From Cytophagales bacterium (GTDB taxonomy: Bacteria; Bacteroidota; Bacteroidia; Cytophagales; MED-G16): a stretch of 64,000 nt of DNA. A model generated the notes under the pieces. It was not told where the DNA came from. It saw nothing but the letters and a program-made list of their open reading frames with translations, and made no database searches. Shown here piece after piece: positions 48,508 to 56,994 of this stretch. Within the stretch, counting starts at the first letter, position 1; each line of letters opens with the position of its first letter. The DNA lies in the NCBI GenBank assembly GCA_045568775.1, contig JBJLAJ010000006.1, positions 65,936-129,935 of the forward strand, read 5' to 3'. The translations under genes and the position numbers were made by a program.

Positions 48508-51310
48508 TTAGTTCCTTTTTTAAGTGAATTCCTGTATGACTATTATTCTGAGAAGTTATGAATTCTGGTTTTCCCTTAGCAATAATCTTCCCACCCCTAT
48601 CACCACCTTCAGGACCAAGATCAATAATGTAGTCTGCACATTTAATTATATCCATGTTGTGTTCGATCACAAGAACAGTATTTCCCCTTTCAACCAACCT
48701 ATCTAGAACAATCATTAAATTTTGAATGTCAAAAAAATGTAATCCAGTAGTAGGCTCATCCAGAACAAACAAAGTGTTTCCTGTATCTTTTTTATATAAC
48801 TCTGAAGCAAGCTTAACTCTTTGAGCCTCTCCTCCAGATAACATAGTTGAGGGTTGACCCAATTTTATATAACCAAGACCTACTTCATCAAGAGATCTTA
48901 ACTTATTTGAAATTTTAGGTTGTTTTTTAAAAAAATCAACTGCATTAGAGACAGTCATATCAAGGACATCAGATATAGATTTTCCTTTAAATCTTACTTC
49001 CAAAGTATCTCTGTTATATCTTTTTCCGTAACAAGATTCACAATTAACAAAGACGTTTGGTAAAAAATCCATTTCTACTAATCTTACTCCAGCACCCCTA
49101 CAAGTTTCACACCTCCCACCCTTTACGTTGAATGAGAAAGCTCCTTGCTTTAAACCACGAATCTTAGATTCTGTAAGTGAAGCAAAAAGGTTTCTTATAT
49201 CTGTAAACACGCCCGTATAAGTTGCGGGATTGGACCTTGGCGTTCTCCCTATTGGGGACTGATCAACCTCAATTAATTTATTAATATTTTCAAGGCCCTC
49301 TACAGTGGTATATGGAAGAGATACTTTCCTTGAATTATATAATTCTTTCTTAATTATTGAGGATAATGTACCATGAATTAACGATGATTTTCCACTACCA
49401 GAAACTCCAGTAACACAAACCATACATCCCAATGGAATAGAACAATTGACTTTTTCTAAATTATTTCCATTAGCACCAATGAGATTTATTTTTTTACCAT
49501 TACCCTCTCTTCTTACGGTTGGGATTGGAATATCCAGTTCCCTTTTCAAAAATTTAGATGTTAAAGACTTCTTTTTTAAAAATGCTTCCGGTTTTCCATG
49601 AGCAACAATAACACCACCTTCTGATCCTGGACCAGGACCTACATCAATAATATTATCTGCATTGTTCATCATATCCCTATCATGCTCTACCACTATAACC
49701 GTATTACCTAGGTCTCTAAGTTCTTTCAACGAGTGAATTAATTTGTTATTATCTCTTTGGTGGAGTCCAATACTTGGCTCATCTAAAATATAGAGAACGC
49801 CAACCAGTTTAGTTCCAATCTGAGTAGCAAGCCTAATCCTCTGGGCCTCCCCCCCAGACAGTGTTCTAAGTGGTCTATCTAAACTTAAGTATTCCAGGCC
49901 TAAATTATACATTAGGTTGAGTCTCTGATTAATTTCTTTTATTATTGGTTCTGCAATAATTAACTGTTCATCATTAAGTGATTTGTTAATATTTCTTGTC
50001 CATATTCTAAGTTTTTTGATGTCCATAGAATTTAATTCAGATATGGAAGTATTATTGATTTTAAAATGTAAAGATTCTTTTCTCAGCCTCTGGCCTGAAC
50101 AACTATCGCAATTAGTTTTAGAAATAAAATCATTCATGAAGTCTTTAGTCTTGCCTGATCTAAATTTTAAAGTTTTTTTTATAAATCCAGTGACTCCATT
50201 ATAAGTAGTATGCCAGAGTGTTCCAGGATATTTTGTAGATTCAACTGCAACCTCTATGTTTTTTCCAAATAAAATTATTTCTAATATATCCTCTGGAATA
50301 TTTTTAATAGGTGTTGATATATCTAAACCTTTAGACTTTAGTATAGCTTCTATTTTCTTGAACACCCACATATCTCTATATTCTCCAAGTGGTAATATCC
50401 CCCCACGGCTAATACTCAAATTCTCATCTTCAATAATGCTTTCTTTTAAAATTTTATCTTCTATACCCAACCCCTTGCAGGATTCACACCAGCCATAAGG
50501 AGAGTTAAATGAAAAACTGTTAGGAGAAGGTTCTTCGTAAGATATTCCTGTATCAGGATCTACAAGACTTTTTGAATAAAATCTTGAGTTATTCTTCTCG
50601 TCTATAACATAAAGAGTCTTGTCTCCACTCTTGATTGCAATATCTACGGAATTAGATAACCTCTCGGTGGCATCTTCATCAACAGTTAATTTATCTACAA
50701 CAATTTCTATATCATGAATAACATATCTGTCCAGTTGCATGTTTCTTTTTATCTCCATTATTTCTCCGTCAACCCTAACATTTGTAAAACCTTTCTTTCT
50801 AATCTGGACAAATAATTCTTTATAGTGACCTTTTCTTCCCTTTACTACTGGGGCAGCTATTATAACCTTTGTGTTCTTGTAATCTTTTTTTATATTTTCA
50901 ATAACTTGATCTAACGACTGCCTAACCATTTTTTTACCTGACAAGTATGAGTATGCAACCGAGGCCCTTGCGTATAGCAATCTCAAGAAATCGTATATCT
51001 CTGTCAAAGTTCCAACTGTAGACCTAGGATTTTTTGATGTTGTCTTCTGCTCGATTGAGATAACTGGAGATAGACCGTTAATCTTATCTACATCAGGCCT
51101 CTCAATATTTCCAATAAACGATCTAGCATAAGCTGAAAAACTTTCCATGTATCTCCTCTGCCCCTCAGCATATATAGTGTTGAAAGCTAATGAGCTTTTT
51201 CCGCTCCCAGAAACACCAGTAATTACTACAAGCTTGTTTTTCTCAAATGTAAGATCTACATTTTTCAAATTATTTTCTCTCGCTCCTAAAATTTCAATTT
51301 TATTATTCAT
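48497..51310 (-). CDS. uvrA: Excinuclease ABC subunit A
   Basis: 937-aa ORF with two ABC modules (GVSGSGKSSLAF; GVSGSGKSSLIH), zinc-finger Cys clusters and LSGGEAQR signatures. Confidence 0.97.
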   Translation of the reverse strand: MNNKIEILGARENNLKNVDLTFEKNKLVVITGVSGSGKSSLAFNTIYAEGQRRYMESFSAYARSFIGNIERPDVDKINGLSPVISIEQKTTSKNPRSTVGTLTEIYDFLRLLYARASVAYSYLSGKKMVRQSLDQVIENIKKDYKNTKVIIAAPVVKGRKGHYKELFVQIRKKGFTNVRVDGEIMEIKRNMQLDRYVIHDIEIVVDKLTVDEDATERLSNSVDIAIKSGDKTLYVIDEKNNSRFYSKSLVDPDTGISYEEPSPNSFSFNSPYGWCESCKGLGIEDKILKESIIEDENLSISRGGILPLGEYRDMWVFKKIEAILKSKGLDISTPIKNIPEDILEIILFGKNIEVAVESTKYPGTLWHTTYNGVTGFIKKTLKFRSGKTKDFMNDFISKTNCDSCSGQRLRKESLHFKINNTSISELNSMDIKKLRIWTRNINKSLNDEQLIIAEPIIKEINQRLNLMYNLGLEYLSLDRPLRTLSGGEAQRIRLATQIGTKLVGVLYILDEPSIGLHQRDNNKLIHSLKELRDLGNTVIVVEHDRDMMNNADNIIDVGPGPGSEGGVIVAHGKPEAFLKKKSLTSKFLKRELDIPIPTVRREGNGKKINLIGANGNNLEKVNCSIPLGCMVCVTGVSGSGKSSLIHGTLSSIIKKELYNSRKVSLPYTTVEGLENINKLIEVDQSPIGRTPRSNPATYTGVFTDIRNLFASLTESKIRGLKQGAFSFNVKGGRCETCRGAGVRLVEMDFLPNVFVNCESCYGKRYNRDTLEVRFKGKSISDVLDMTVSNAVDFFKKQPKISNKLRSLDEVGLGYIKLGQPSTMLSGGEAQRVKLASELYKKDTGNTLFVLDEPTTGLHFFDIQNLMIVLDRLVERGNTVLVIEHNMDIIKCADYIIDLGPEGGDRGGKIIAKGKPEFITSQNNSHTGIHLKKELTNT

Positions 51311-51315
51311 GTATT

Positions 51316-52230
51316 TTATTTCTTATAAAGGGCTTTCAGGGCTAAACTTAGCTTTGGGTATTTAAAATTAAAATTAGATTTTAGTATTTTCTTTGAAGAC
51401 ACATTTAGCCCATTTAAGATTAAGACCGACTGTCCCCCAAAAAGCAATTTAATTATAATGGATGGGGCTTTAATAAACTTAGGATAACTAAACCTTCCTA
51501 ATGACTTAGCAAGAATTCTAGAAAACTTTTTATTAGTTACTTTTTCAGGTGCTACACAATTAAAAATCCCTGTAAAGCTTTGTTCCTCTATGCTCTTTAA
51601 TATTATATCTATCATATCGTCTTCATGTATCCAACTCATCATTTGTTTACCAGATCCAACCGGTACCCCTAGAAAAAATTTAAATATTGGATAAAGACTT
51701 TTGAGAATACCTCCTTCTTTAGAAAGGACCAATCCTATTCTTAGGATTGTTGTGTTTATACCTAAGCTTTTAAAAATAAGTACTTCATCTTCCCAACTAC
51801 TAACTACACCAGATAAAAACCCATCGCCTGGAGGATCTGATTCTTTTTGTGGTGAGTTTGTGTCCACTCTATAATATCCAGTTGCAGATGCTGAAATAAA
51901 TGATTTAGGTTTGTTTTCTAAATTTTTTATATTTTGAAATAAGAGTCTGGTTGTCAAGACTCTACTTTCTAATATTTGTTTTTTATAATTCTTTGTCCAC
52001 CTTGATCCGTTAATAGACTCTCCTGCAAGATGTATTATTGAAAACAAATTAGTAATACCAGTAACATCAAGCTTAGATTCGTCTGGTTTCCATTCTAAAT
52101 AGTTTACATTATCCTCCACATATGATCCTCTTCGAGTTAAAACATAAATATTATATTTTTTTTTCTTTAACTCATTAATTAGTTTTTTGCCAATTAGTCC
52201 AGTACCCCCTGTAATTAAAATAGATTTCAT
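51316..52230 (-). CDS. TIGR01777-family NAD-dependent epimerase/dehydratase-like protein (SDR + DUF1731)
   Basis: 304-aa ORF with ITGGTGLIGKKL. The length and C-terminal region are typical of YfcH-like proteins. Confidence 0.8.
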   Translation of the reverse strand: MKSILITGGTGLIGKKLINELKKKKYNIYVLTRRGSYVEDNVNYLEWKPDESKLDVTGITNLFSIIHLAGESINGSRWTKNYKKQILESRVLTTRLLFQNIKNLENKPKSFISASATGYYRVDTNSPQKESDPPGDGFLSGVVSSWEDEVLIFKSLGINTTILRIGLVLSKEGGILKSLYPIFKFFLGVPVGSGKQMMSWIHEDDMIDIILKSIEEQSFTGIFNCVAPEKVTNKKFSRILAKSLGRFSYPKFIKAPSIIIKLLFGGQSVLILNGLNVSSKKILKSNFNFKYPKLSLALKALYKK

Positions 52231-52269
52231 ATTATTGCAAATAATTCTAATACGTAGTTAAGTGATTTA

Positions 52270-52911
52270 ATGATGTCTTTACTCAGATATTTTATTTTTA
52301 TTCTTATTGTAATTTCAAGCAATAAATCTTACTCTCAAAAAAATGCTAGCAATAAAATTCCAGTTAATGTCTTCTCTACATTTAAAACAACAAATCATAT
52401 TTTTAATGAGACTACTCTAGAGTCTATATACTTTACCTGCTTAGTTCCAAAAAAAATAGTATTAGAAGAGATAGAAAAGTTTTATAGTAACCTTGGGAGT
52501 TTTGAAAAAGAAAAAAAAATTTTTAATAGTACTATTCAAACAAAAGGTGAAATGCTTTCAGTAAAGTTATCAATTGAAAAAAAAGACAAAAGAACTTTCT
52601 TTTATGTTGCTCAAAAAAAAGAATTATCAGAAGAGAACTCTATTAAAAACCTGCAAGAATCTTTTAAAAAAATATTGATGAGAAGGTTTTTGAATGATTA
52701 CATTAAGGAGCTAGAATTAAGTATTAAAAAAACAGACAAAAAACAAAACAGAATAATTAGAAATAACCCAAATAATCTTTTGATGAACTCAGGGTTATTT
52801 TATAAATTTTATCAAAAAAAAGAGTCAAAAAAAATTGCCTTAAAGTCAGCATTAGAGAGTCTATATGAAGAATTAGAAGAGACTAAGGCAAACTACAACT
52901 CAATTAATTAA
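52270..52911 (+). CDS. Secreted Lys-rich hypothetical protein
   Basis: 213-aa ORF with a signal peptide (YFIFILIVISSNKSYSQ). I recognise no motif. Confidence 0.45.
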   Translation: MMSLLRYFIFILIVISSNKSYSQKNASNKIPVNVFSTFKTTNHIFNETTLESIYFTCLVPKKIVLEEIEKFYSNLGSFEKEKKIFNSTIQTKGEMLSVKLSIEKKDKRTFFYVAQKKELSEENSIKNLQESFKKILMRRFLNDYIKELELSIKKTDKKQNRIIRNNPNNLLMNSGLFYKFYQKKESKKIALKSALESLYEELEETKANYNSIN

Positions 52912-52919
52912 AAAGAAGA

Positions 52920-53882
52920 TTAAGAATTAATTTCTACCTTATCTAATATTTGTTTTATAATATAATCTGATTTAATCCCCTCTGCTTCAGCCTCGTAGTT
53001 TAAGATTATTCTATGATTTAACACATCATTAGCTATCTCTTTTATGTCATCTGGAATGACATAATCCCTATTACTTAAAAAAGCATTTGCCTTAGCTGCT
53101 AGAGATAAATTTATGCTTGCCCTTGGAGATGCTCCAAAGGAAATGAAACTCTTTAATTCATCTAGTTTGACCGAAGATGGGTTTCTTGTTGCGGTTACAA
53201 TTTCAATGATATATTTTTCTATTGACTCGGAAATAGAAACCTTATTTATTTCACCTTGAATTGAAAGGATATCTTTTTTATTTAAAACTGTTTTAGTTGA
53301 CTTCTTAAAATTCATATCCGCCATCCTCTGCATAATTTTCAATTCTTCCTCTTTAGAGGGATAACTAATATTTAACTTCATCATAAACCTATCCCTCTGA
53401 GCTTCGGGTAGAGGGTAAGTCCCTTCTTGATCTATAGGGTTTTGAGTAGCTAATACTAAAAACGGTGTGTCTAATTTATAAGAGTCATCGCCTATAGTTA
53501 CCTGCCTTTCTTGCATGGACTCCAATAGTGCCGACTGTACTTTTGCTGGAGATCTGTTTATTTCATCTGCTAAAATGATATTAGAGAAAATTGGTCCCTT
53601 TTTTACCTCAAAGGAAGCTTTCTTTTGATTATATATCATCGTTCCTATTACATCAGAAGGCAATAGGTCTGGAGTAAATTGTATTCTTTTAAAATCTAGT
53701 TTAAGGACATCAGATAAAGTATTAACAGTAAGTGTTTTTGCTAAACCAGGAACTCCCTCAAGTAGAACATGACCCTGAGTAAAGAGACCCATGAGTAATC
53801 TTTTTACCATATAATCTTGACCGACCACAACTTTACTTACTTCACTTACGACATTTTGTACTTTTAAATAATTCTTGCTCAT
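52920..53882 (-). CDS. MoxR-like AAA+ ATPase
   Basis: 320-aa ORF with Walker A LLEGVPGLAKT, Walker B ILADEINR and the MoxR-typical VLATQNPIDQEGTYPLPEAQRDRF. Confidence 0.9.
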   Translation of the reverse strand: MSKNYLKVQNVVSEVSKVVVGQDYMVKRLLMGLFTQGHVLLEGVPGLAKTLTVNTLSDVLKLDFKRIQFTPDLLPSDVIGTMIYNQKKASFEVKKGPIFSNIILADEINRSPAKVQSALLESMQERQVTIGDDSYKLDTPFLVLATQNPIDQEGTYPLPEAQRDRFMMKLNISYPSKEEELKIMQRMADMNFKKSTKTVLNKKDILSIQGEINKVSISESIEKYIIEIVTATRNPSSVKLDELKSFISFGASPRASINLSLAAKANAFLSNRDYVIPDDIKEIANDVLNHRIILNYEAEAEGIKSDYIIKQILDKVEINS

Positions 53883-53896
53883 AAAAAAAATTTGAG

Positions 53897-53904
53897 CAAA
53901 TTTA
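53897..53904 (-). promoter_or_regulatory. Candidate -7 box TAAATTTG upstream of the MoxR-like gene
   Basis: Exact TAnnTTTG match 14 nt upstream of the ATG at 53882. Confidence 0.25.
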
Positions 53905-53968
53905 ACTATTTAATAATCTTATCAGGGATTAATATGATGCTAAAAATTGTTAAAATTATGTTGATAAT

Positions 53969-54535
53969 ATGAATGCTGAATTTAAAAATTTTATTCAGAA
54001 GGTAAAAAACTTCGAACCAACAGGCACAGAGAAAACTAGACTTGACAATATCATTATGGGAATGGATAAATTTATTGATAGCTGTAAAACAATTGTTTTT
54101 TTGTGTACACACAACTCAAGAAGAAGTCAATACTGTGAGATATGGGCTAAGTATTTTTCATCAGTATATAGGAACAAAATAAAATTTTTATCTGCGGGAA
54201 CACTTAAAATGAAAGTTCCTAAACAAGTTTATAAGTCCTTTGAAAGAGTGGGTGTAAAAGTTGATGAAAACTCATCAATTAATATAGAAACTATGACAAT
54301 ATCACCATTTTCTAAAACTCTTACTGAAGTTAAAGAAAAAGAGTTTATCTCAATTATGACGTGCGCGGAATCAGAAAAATCTTGTCCTGTTGACGCTCGC
54401 TCATTGATTAATCTAAAATTATTTTACGATGACCCCAGAAGATATGATAACACCCAAGAAGAAGCAGAAGAATACGATAAAACTTCATTTATGATTGCTT
54501 CCGAAATTAACTACATTCTAAAAAATATTAATTAA
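53969..54535 (+). CDS. Low-molecular-weight phosphatase-fold protein, thioredoxin-coupled ArsC-like arsenate reductase type
   Basis: 188-aa ORF with the CX5R P-loop CTHNSRRS and a distal Cys pair in MTCAESEKSCP followed by YDDP. The N-terminal ~45-aa extension matches remembered Bacteroidota ars-operon phosphatases. Confidence 0.7.
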   Translation: MNAEFKNFIQKVKNFEPTGTEKTRLDNIIMGMDKFIDSCKTIVFLCTHNSRRSQYCEIWAKYFSSVYRNKIKFLSAGTLKMKVPKQVYKSFERVGVKVDENSSINIETMTISPFSKTLTEVKEKEFISIMTCAESEKSCPVDARSLINLKLFYDDPRRYDNTQEEAEEYDKTSFMIASEINYILKNIN

Positions 54536-55082
54536 TTCTATCTGATATAGGTTCGTTTTTTTTAATGAAAATAGACGCAATAACAGCAAAAATAAATATT
54601 ATAAGAACTCCCCATGGCGAAGACTTTAATATTCCAGCAGGAGATGTTGACTCCATAACACTATTTTCAATTTCAACCATTGAAGCGTCAATTACCTCTT
54701 GAGGAGTTCCAAAAGACTCCATCATTCCAATTGTTGCCTCCATAGTTAAATCTTTCATGACCTCGGGGAGACCTGGATCAATAACAGTATACAATAAAAT
54801 ATTAAAAACAATTCCAACCGCATATGAAACTAGAAAGGCAAAAAAAGAAAATTTTAGAGATTCTTTATATGAAAGAAAACCCCCACAAAGGTTTCTATAA
54901 GAGATGCCAAGGTAGATTGCAATACCCATTGAAAGTGTAAGGCTCATAAGTCCAAACCACCATGAGACCATTAGCTCAATATTTATCACATAAATTAACA
55001 TTGTCATTATTATTGATACGCCCGCCATGATGAGACCAGCTTTTAGAACTTCTTCTTTGTAATTAATATTATTAGAATCCAT
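54528..55082 (-). CDS. DUF4199-like membrane protein
   Basis: 184-aa ORF with 4 TM helices. The N-terminal pattern KAGLIMAGVSIIMTMLIYV is typical of the family as I remember it. Confidence 0.55.
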   Translation of the reverse strand: MDSNNINYKEEVLKAGLIMAGVSIIMTMLIYVINIELMVSWWFGLMSLTLSMGIAIYLGISYRNLCGGFLSYKESLKFSFFAFLVSYAVGIVFNILLYTVIDPGLPEVMKDLTMEATIGMMESFGTPQEVIDASMVEIENSVMESTSPAGILKSSPWGVLIIFIFAVIASIFIKKNEPISDRIN

Positions 55083-55132
55083 ATTTGCTTTTTTTTATAA
55101 CAATTTAATGCTTTTATCGTAAGAAAAAAACT

Positions 55133-55897
55133 ATGAAAACACAAAGAGTAATAGAAAATATAGCATCAACTCAAGAGAACCTGGTCAATCATAAAATTTA
55201 TAATAAAATAGAGTCTATTGATGATTTGAAAGTTTTTATGGAAAATCACATCTATGCAGTATGGGATTTCATGTCACTTTTAAAAGGGTTGCAAATTAAT
55301 CTCACATGTACCATGAACCCATGGACACCAGTAGAAAATACAGAGGCAGCAAGATTCATAAATGAAATTGTTTTAGAAGAAGAGACAGATGAGATCAGCG
55401 GAGGGATAATTACAAGTCATTTTGAATTATACCTTGAGTCCATGAAACAAATTGGAGCTGAAACCTCACAAGTAAACAATTTTATCTCAGTAATTAAAGA
55501 AAGCTCAGATTACAGAAAAACAATTAATGATTTTAATATACATGCTGATATTAAATCCTTTCTAAATTTCACATTTGATATAATTGAGTCTGGAGAGTCT
55601 CACAAAATAGCATCTGCTTTTACTTTTGGAAGAGAAAATGTTATCCCTGATATGTTTATAAGTTTGGTTAAAAGCTTAAATGAAAAAAATAGCGATATAG
55701 CTAATAAGTTTGTTTACTATCTAGAAAGACATATCGAGTTAGACGGTGATGACCACGGCCCAATAGCATTAAAAATGATAGAAAATTTGTGTGGAGACGA
55801 TGAGAAGAAATGGGAAGATGTAACTGAAATAGCAAAAAAATCCATTCAGATGAGAATTAAACTCTGGGATCACATATGTAACGAGATTAAATCATGA
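55133..55897 (+). CDS. DUF3050 protein (haem-oxygenase-like helical fold)
   Basis: 254-aa ORF with HIYAVWDFMSLLKGLQ and YYLERHIELDGDDHGP blocks, which I associate with DUF3050 / MgoB-PvfA-like proteins. Confidence 0.6.
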   Translation: MKTQRVIENIASTQENLVNHKIYNKIESIDDLKVFMENHIYAVWDFMSLLKGLQINLTCTMNPWTPVENTEAARFINEIVLEEETDEISGGIITSHFELYLESMKQIGAETSQVNNFISVIKESSDYRKTINDFNIHADIKSFLNFTFDIIESGESHKIASAFTFGRENVIPDMFISLVKSLNEKNSDIANKFVYYLERHIELDGDDHGPIALKMIENLCGDDEKKWEDVTEIAKKSIQMRIKLWDHICNEIKS

Positions 55898-56652
55898 ACA
55901 TTGAAGTCTTAAAAAAAGCAGATCAAGCAAATGGAAATTTTAATAATGGAGAGATCCTTGAAAAAAAACCTCTAGGTTTTCCTCAGGACGGAGGTAATTC
56001 AAAACCATACTCAAATATTTTTTATTGGGCACACGCGTGGACGCCTAATAAAAAAAGCATGATTGGACTTCATCCTCACCAAGGCTTTGAAATATGTAGC
56101 TTTGTTTTGAAAGGTTCAATAAACCATTATGATACAAAACAAGATAAGTGGATTAGTCTTAAAGAAGGAGATGTACAAATAATTAGGGCAGGTAACGGAA
56201 TATCCCATGCAGAAGAAATTAATAAAGAGTCAGAAATTTTTCAGATATGGTTTGATCCAAATATTAAAGAAACCATAACAAAAGAGGCTACTTACGATGA
56301 TTATAGTTCTGATGACTTTTTAACTGAAGAGATAGGTGGTTCTTCAATAAAAAAAATTGCAGGAAATAGTTCAGTCATGAGGATGGACTCTGAGGGAATT
56401 AACATAAACTTATATAAAGTTCCCAAAGATAAAAGTCTAAAATTAGTGTTAGACCCTAAATATATTTACTCATATTTTTTAATTGAAGGAGAAATTGAAA
56501 TAGATAAAGATATTATTAGTAAAGGTGACTTTTTTAAAATCTCTGAGGAAAATAATTTTTTACTTTCATCAAAAGAAAAATCAAATTTATTTGAAATTAA
56601 AAGTCCAATAAGGCCTAGTTATCAGACTTATGGAGAGAGATACAGTAACTAA
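55894..56652 (+). CDS. Pirin-family bicupin protein
   Basis: 252-aa ORF with LHPHQGFEICSFVLKGSINHYD and RAGNGISHAEE...FQIWFDP (pirin metal-site pattern). An ATGA overlap joins it to the DUF3050 gene. Confidence 0.8.
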   Translation: MNIEVLKKADQANGNFNNGEILEKKPLGFPQDGGNSKPYSNIFYWAHAWTPNKKSMIGLHPHQGFEICSFVLKGSINHYDTKQDKWISLKEGDVQIIRAGNGISHAEEINKESEIFQIWFDPNIKETITKEATYDDYSSDDFLTEEIGGSSIKKIAGNSSVMRMDSEGININLYKVPKDKSLKLVLDPKYIYSYFLIEGEIEIDKDIISKGDFFKISEENNFLLSSKEKSNLFEIKSPIRPSYQTYGERYSN

Positions 56653-56922
56653 TTATTTTTTGTCAGACATTCTTTTCCTCTTGGCCATCAACTCAACGTC
56701 ACGATCTATCTCATCTACCTGCCTGAATATCAGTCGTAATTTTTTTTCAAATTCTATAAGCATCTTTCTATCGTCTTCATCTAAATCTTCCGACTTATAT
56801 AACTTTAAGAGTTTGTCAGCTGCCTTTGTTAACTTTTCCTTGCTAGCATCCACATACTCATCAAATTTTTTAAAAATATCTTCTTCTCCCGAATTATTTA
56901 TTTGAAATCCTATTCTATTCAT
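56653..56922 (-). CDS. Small charged helical hypothetical protein
   Basis: 89-aa ORF that is Lys/Glu/Asp rich. I recognise no motif. Its coding status is supported only by length and by filling the gap between neighbours. Confidence 0.4.
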   Translation of the reverse strand: MNRIGFQINNSGEEDIFKKFDEYVDASKEKLTKAADKLLKLYKSEDLDEDDRKMLIEFEKKLRLIFRQVDEIDRDVELMAKRKRMSDKK

Positions 56923-56930
56923 GATATATT

Positions 56931-56950
56931 AATTGTAATTCATTACAATT
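56931..56950. promoter_or_regulatory. 20-bp perfect palindrome AATTGTAAT-TC-ATTACAATT in a divergent promoter region (candidate operator)
   Basis: Read directly: 9-bp arms at 56931..56939 and 56942..56950 with a 2-nt spacer. It sits between the starts of the 89-aa ORF (56922, minus) and DPP-IV (56995, plus). Confidence 0.35.
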
Positions 56951-56994
56951 TATTATAATTTTTATTTTTATAAAATTATTCAAAAAAAATCATC

